A stretch of 63,092 bases of DNA, filler included, from Globobulimina sp. (Eukaryota): assembly GCA_003354225.1 (NCBI GenBank). It is 33 parts of 33 records of this genome, joined end to end, with 100 filler letters (N's around TTAATTAATTAA, not from the genome) between each part and the next. Parts side by side here need not be neighbours in the genome. Positions count along the whole stretch, not along the records: positions 59,365 to 61,178 come from PIVH01011633.1; positions 61,279 to 63,092 come from PIVH01011634.1; 31 more parts are not named here. One strand, given 5' to 3'. The notes under the pieces are model-generated. The model did not search any database. It had not been told where the DNA came from and was given only the letters and a program-made list of their open reading frames with translations. Below, piece after piece: positions 59,367 through 63,092 of the stretch. Both the position numbers and the translations under genes were made by a program. The stretch's first letter is position 1. The number at the start of each line of letters is the position of its first letter.

Positions 59367-60458
59367 ATGGATTATACTCGAAATTATTTCAATATTATAA
59401 ACATCAAATGTTTAGTTGGTAGATGTAAATACGATGAATGCATATTTATTAAATATTTTATAAATGCTCAGATTTGGTTGATTGTTTTGTTTGAATTAAA
59501 AAAACATTCGATGTGCACATTTTCATCATATACCGGATATAAAATCAGAGACACACAAAACATACAGTATGCGGGAACAGTACAGGATGTATTCAATATA
59601 TTTTATGAAATAGTATGGATTTTAGGTACAAAAGATATGATTTATATTGATGGTACTACTGAGAATTATTTCTATCGCATTCAAAACAAGCACAAAAACA
59701 AACGATTGTTGGTGTATGGATACAGCAAAACAGATTTGCAGTATAATCAAAACATAATCAACATTATTGTCAGATATTACGCAGAGAAATCATATGTGTC
59801 TTCATGCAAAATCAAGCAATCATTGAGTACATTGATGGAATTGCATCCTAAATTGTCATTGAATATGTATTTATTGTCAATAAATGTGGAGAGTAACAGT
59901 GATAAGTTTGCATTATTTGATAAGGAAATATTCGATGAGTTTTTGACATGTTTATGTTGTCAACATTTTAATTTTGATATTCGATATATTGCTAATGGAA
60001 CATCAGGTTCTTATTCAAGAGGCACACGCAAAAATTTCAAAACATTTTACGAAATAAAATGTGACAATGACTATTTCAAAGAAATGTATATAAATATTGA
60101 CGATATGCATTTATATTTGTCGCAATATATTAATTTTATTCTTGGTATAGATTTTGATGGTTATTGTGTCACTGTGATATGTGACAAATATCTGACGTTT
60201 TCTGATATCATTAACAATAAATTTGATTCTGCATTCTTGAATACATATATTAATATGCAAGATGTGCAGAAATGTTTTGATGAAATATTAAATGGTTTGG
60301 AGATAGAGTCAATTTATTGTGTCATAGTGAATGTAGAAGAGTTGATGTCAGTGATGAGCGCGGAATATCAAGACTCTCGATATTTGTATATTATTGCAAA
60401 TATAAAGACAAGAAGTGTTGACCAACACCAATTATTGATGTGTGCCATTGGCCACTGA
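59367..60458 (+). CDS. Hypothetical protein
   Basis: 363 aa ORF in very AT-rich DNA; no recognised motif. Confidence 0.5.
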   Translation: MDYTRNYFNIINIKCLVGRCKYDECIFIKYFINAQIWLIVLFELKKHSMCTFSSYTGYKIRDTQNIQYAGTVQDVFNIFYEIVWILGTKDMIYIDGTTENYFYRIQNKHKNKRLLVYGYSKTDLQYNQNIINIIVRYYAEKSYVSSCKIKQSLSTLMELHPKLSLNMYLLSINVESNSDKFALFDKEIFDEFLTCLCCQHFNFDIRYIANGTSGSYSRGTRKNFKTFYEIKCDNDYFKEMYINIDDMHLYLSQYINFILGIDFDGYCVTVICDKYLTFSDIINNKFDSAFLNTYINMQDVQKCFDEILNGLEIESIYCVIVNVEELMSVMSAEYQDSRYLYIIANIKTRSVDQHQLLMCAIGH

Positions 60459-61491
60459 AAATCAGTCAAAATACTTTTCCGCTACCTTCACTAACTTCAA
60501 ATATTGGGATTATGAAATTAAAAAAATCGTCTAGACGCGCGATCACCATTCAATTTGTAAAGTAATGATTAATGAATCTCTGCTAATTCAAGAACCCCAA
60601 CAATTGATGAGGGCGGAATTTGTATAGTATTTCAATTAAATTACAAGGAAGAAGGTTTATTGAATATTGAGAGCAAAATATTTCACAAAATAAAATACCA
60701 CAAAAGAAATATAACACAAAACCAGACGAAGGCTACCCATAAAATTAAATGATGTTAGAATCTGCCCATACGAGATGTAAAGAACTTGCATGGTCAGATA
60801 TATAATAAAACAATTGTGATAGAGATAAAATACTTTTTTATAAACAATTATTATTATAAAATATATATATATAGAAAAAATAAAAAAAAATGTTATCATT
60901 ATACATTCTGATTGTTGACGAATAGCAATCCATTTTTTGATTCAATCGCATATTCATCATTTAAACTCCATGTATTTGATCGTTGTCTGTTATATGGCTT
61001 AGTTTGCTTCGTTTTTGGTTTTTGATCAATATTAAAATATAAATTGATGGGTGATTTGACTCTCCTTACTTGATAACTCGAATCTGTTTTAAGTTTCCTT
61101 TTATTTCGTCGTTTCTTCTTCTTACTGATGCTTTTTGTACTATTTGTACTATTTTTGCTGTTGTTACGGTTTCTCGATNNNNNNNNNNNNNNNNNNNNNN
61201 NNNNNNNNNNNNNNNNNNNNNNTTAATTAATTAANNNNNNNNNNNNNNNNNNNNNNNNNNNNNNNNNNNNNNNNNNNNCAATAAGTACTCTGTTTGGGCA
61301 TTCTATACATGTATTTTTATTTAGATTTATATTTTTGTTGACTGCATTTGTGTTCGAAATAATCTACCAAATGTATTTAAATATAGTTTAATTTGTGTGT
61401 TATTACATTTGGATATGAAAACATTAACGGCAATTTAGGATTTTGTCTGTTCTGCACTTCTGGTTAAGAAAGTTTTAATATTTCTTGTTTC

Positions 61492-62226
61492 TTGACTTTC
61501 TTCGCAATTAAATTAACAAATCTAAATTCTAAACCATCAATAAACCAAATAATGTCTACCTCAGAATGTGCATTCAATGATGGTAAAGAAATGGAAGAAT
61601 CGGAATTATCAATAAAATCAAAACACTTTAAATCTTTTAAAGGAAAAAAGAGCAAATATCCATTTTGTGAGAAAATTGATTTGCAATTGGAAATAGGTTC
61701 GGTGGTTGGAAGCCTTTTTAGTGAGCACTTTGATATTGTTGCGAAATTATTAAAACAACCCAAAATTGAAAATGTTGAAATTGATGAGCGTAAAATTGAA
61801 GATCGTAAAATTGAAGAGATTGATGGTAATGATGATGATGAAAAGCAGACAACACCGACATCAGAAATAGAAACCTTACCTATGCCTTTGACGCGAAGTG
61901 AAATTAAAAATGAACGAATGAAATCCATGAAATTATTGGAGATAAAAGACAAACTGTCTCAATATGAAGAAAAATTAATTGATATAATTTGCAAAGAATT
62001 TGAATTAACTTATTTCCGATCACCATCATTAAAGGAACTGTCATTAATATTATCAAAAACCATGAAAAATATGAAAAAAGGCGAAAACATTACAATAGTT
62101 AATTATTATGTATATTCTAGATTTAATATAATCTATACTCTTTTTATATATTGTTATGAAAAAGCAAAATACGATAAATTCGTCATTGTTAGAAAATACG
62201 ATGTTACATTATGTCAAGTTCGTTAA
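61492..62226 (+). CDS. Hypothetical protein
   Basis: 244 aa K/E-rich ORF. Confidence 0.45.
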   Translation: MTFFAIKLTNLNSKPSINQIMSTSECAFNDGKEMEESELSIKSKHFKSFKGKKSKYPFCEKIDLQLEIGSVVGSLFSEHFDIVAKLLKQPKIENVEIDERKIEDRKIEEIDGNDDDEKQTTPTSEIETLPMPLTRSEIKNERMKSMKLLEIKDKLSQYEEKLIDIICKEFELTYFRSPSLKELSLILSKTMKNMKKGENITIVNYYVYSRFNIIYTLFIYCYEKAKYDKFVIVRKYDVTLCQVR

Positions 62227-62406
62227 AACCCAGCAACCAAATCAATCAAATACAAAGATGATTGTTGATGGTTTAATCTACAGAATGGAGCAAAATGGAT
62301 ACTTTTGATTTTATTGCAATTTTTTTTTATTTTAATTTAAATTTCAGCCACTTGCAACCAGATGTGGTCCACTAAAAAACTTATATAACATTACAAAAAT
62401 ACAGTG

Positions 62407-63092
62407 TTACAAATATATCGTGACAGTAAGCACAAACGTTAAACCCCGTAAAAAAGTGTAACATCCACTGCTGTTATCGATGTCAGTTGTTGATTGAGTT
62501 GCAACTGTGACTGATGTAGTGGAATAAGTGGATGCAGTTATAGTATCTATAAAATTAACAGCAGACCAATGTGTATTATAAATATGATAAAATCCACTAT
62601 AATCTTGTTGCCAAAAGTATGTGACCAAGGGATCTGTAGTTGGTTCTACACCATCCAATCCAATATACATTTGTCCACCAGAACATGAACCCAAATGATT
62701 TTGATATAAAGATAATTCACCAACAATATCATTAACACTTAATGCTATTTGTAAACTATTCGCACCATTTTTAAATTTAAAAAATATACATCCAGCATAG
62801 CCTTTAATAGGTGATCCAGTAAACAATCCATTTGGTGATACAGTTAAATAATAATCATTGTTGTGGATTAAAAATGTTCCAGCTGTCCATCCGGGATATT
62901 CATATTCATCCGACTCACTATTCCCATCACAAAATATATGTGGTGATAAGATAAAATCACTCCAATTTTCTTGCAAAAAATAAACGTTATCCGATTTAAT
63001 AACTTTTATTCCATATTCATAGTTTGGTCCCGTACTAAAATCCAAACATTGCAAAGATAAATAATAATTTGAATTGATAACATCTTGAATCA
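62407..63092 (-). CDS. Probable surface protein with Thr/Ser stalk and hydrophobic (GPI-like) C-terminus, 5'-partial
   Basis: T/S-rich segment then SSG...FLRGLTFVLTVTIYL at C-end. Confidence 0.5.
   Translation of the reverse strand, partial: IQDVINSNYYLSLQCLDFSTGPNYEYGIKVIKSDNVYFLQENWSDFILSPHIFCDGNSESDEYEYPGWTAGTFLIHNNDYYLTVSPNGLFTGSPIKGYAGCIFFKFKNGANSLQIALSVNDIVGELSLYQNHLGSCSGGQMYIGLDGVEPTTDPLVTYFWQQDYSGFYHIYNTHWSAVNFIDTITASTYSTTSVTVATQSTTDIDNSSGCYTFLRGLTFVLTVTIYL

Overview
This window is not one locus. It is a concatenation of 33 unrelated, length-sorted contigs of about 1,814-1,816 bp, each joined by an artificial 100-nt spacer (N44-TTAATTAATTAA-N44, stops in all frames), so no gene neighbourhood can be inferred across spacers. 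Most contigs are AT-rich eukaryotic DNA using the standard genetic code, with short (mostly ~58-115 nt) GT-AG introns. The gene families (expanded Kelch/Cys-rich/7TM membrane proteins, NRT2 nitrate transporter) suggest a rhizarian, probably a foraminifer; this is an inference. Recognisable genes: eIF5B, class I HDAC, snurportin-1, UNG, RCL1, SPATA20-like, CTD small phosphatase, a class III nucleotide cyclase, a STAT-like SH2 protein, a Ycf45-like AAA protein with a broken P-loop, USP proteases and an NRT2 transporter. Mobile DNA includes a CRE-type non-LTR RT and an RLE endonuclease, a Penelope-like RT, a retroelement gag and a decayed Polinton/Maverick-type integrase. A bacterial livM fragment is fused to a eukaryotic contig, and one contig looks metazoan. 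The most intriguing leads are (i) a putative family of surface polyampholyte proteins with RRR[LM] motifs, an RC-x8-C module and, in one case, a C-type-lectin-like exon (candidate test/cement matrix proteins), (ii) an unlisted multi-TM ORF entering a chitin-synthase-like GT2 motif, and (iii) the nitrate transporter.
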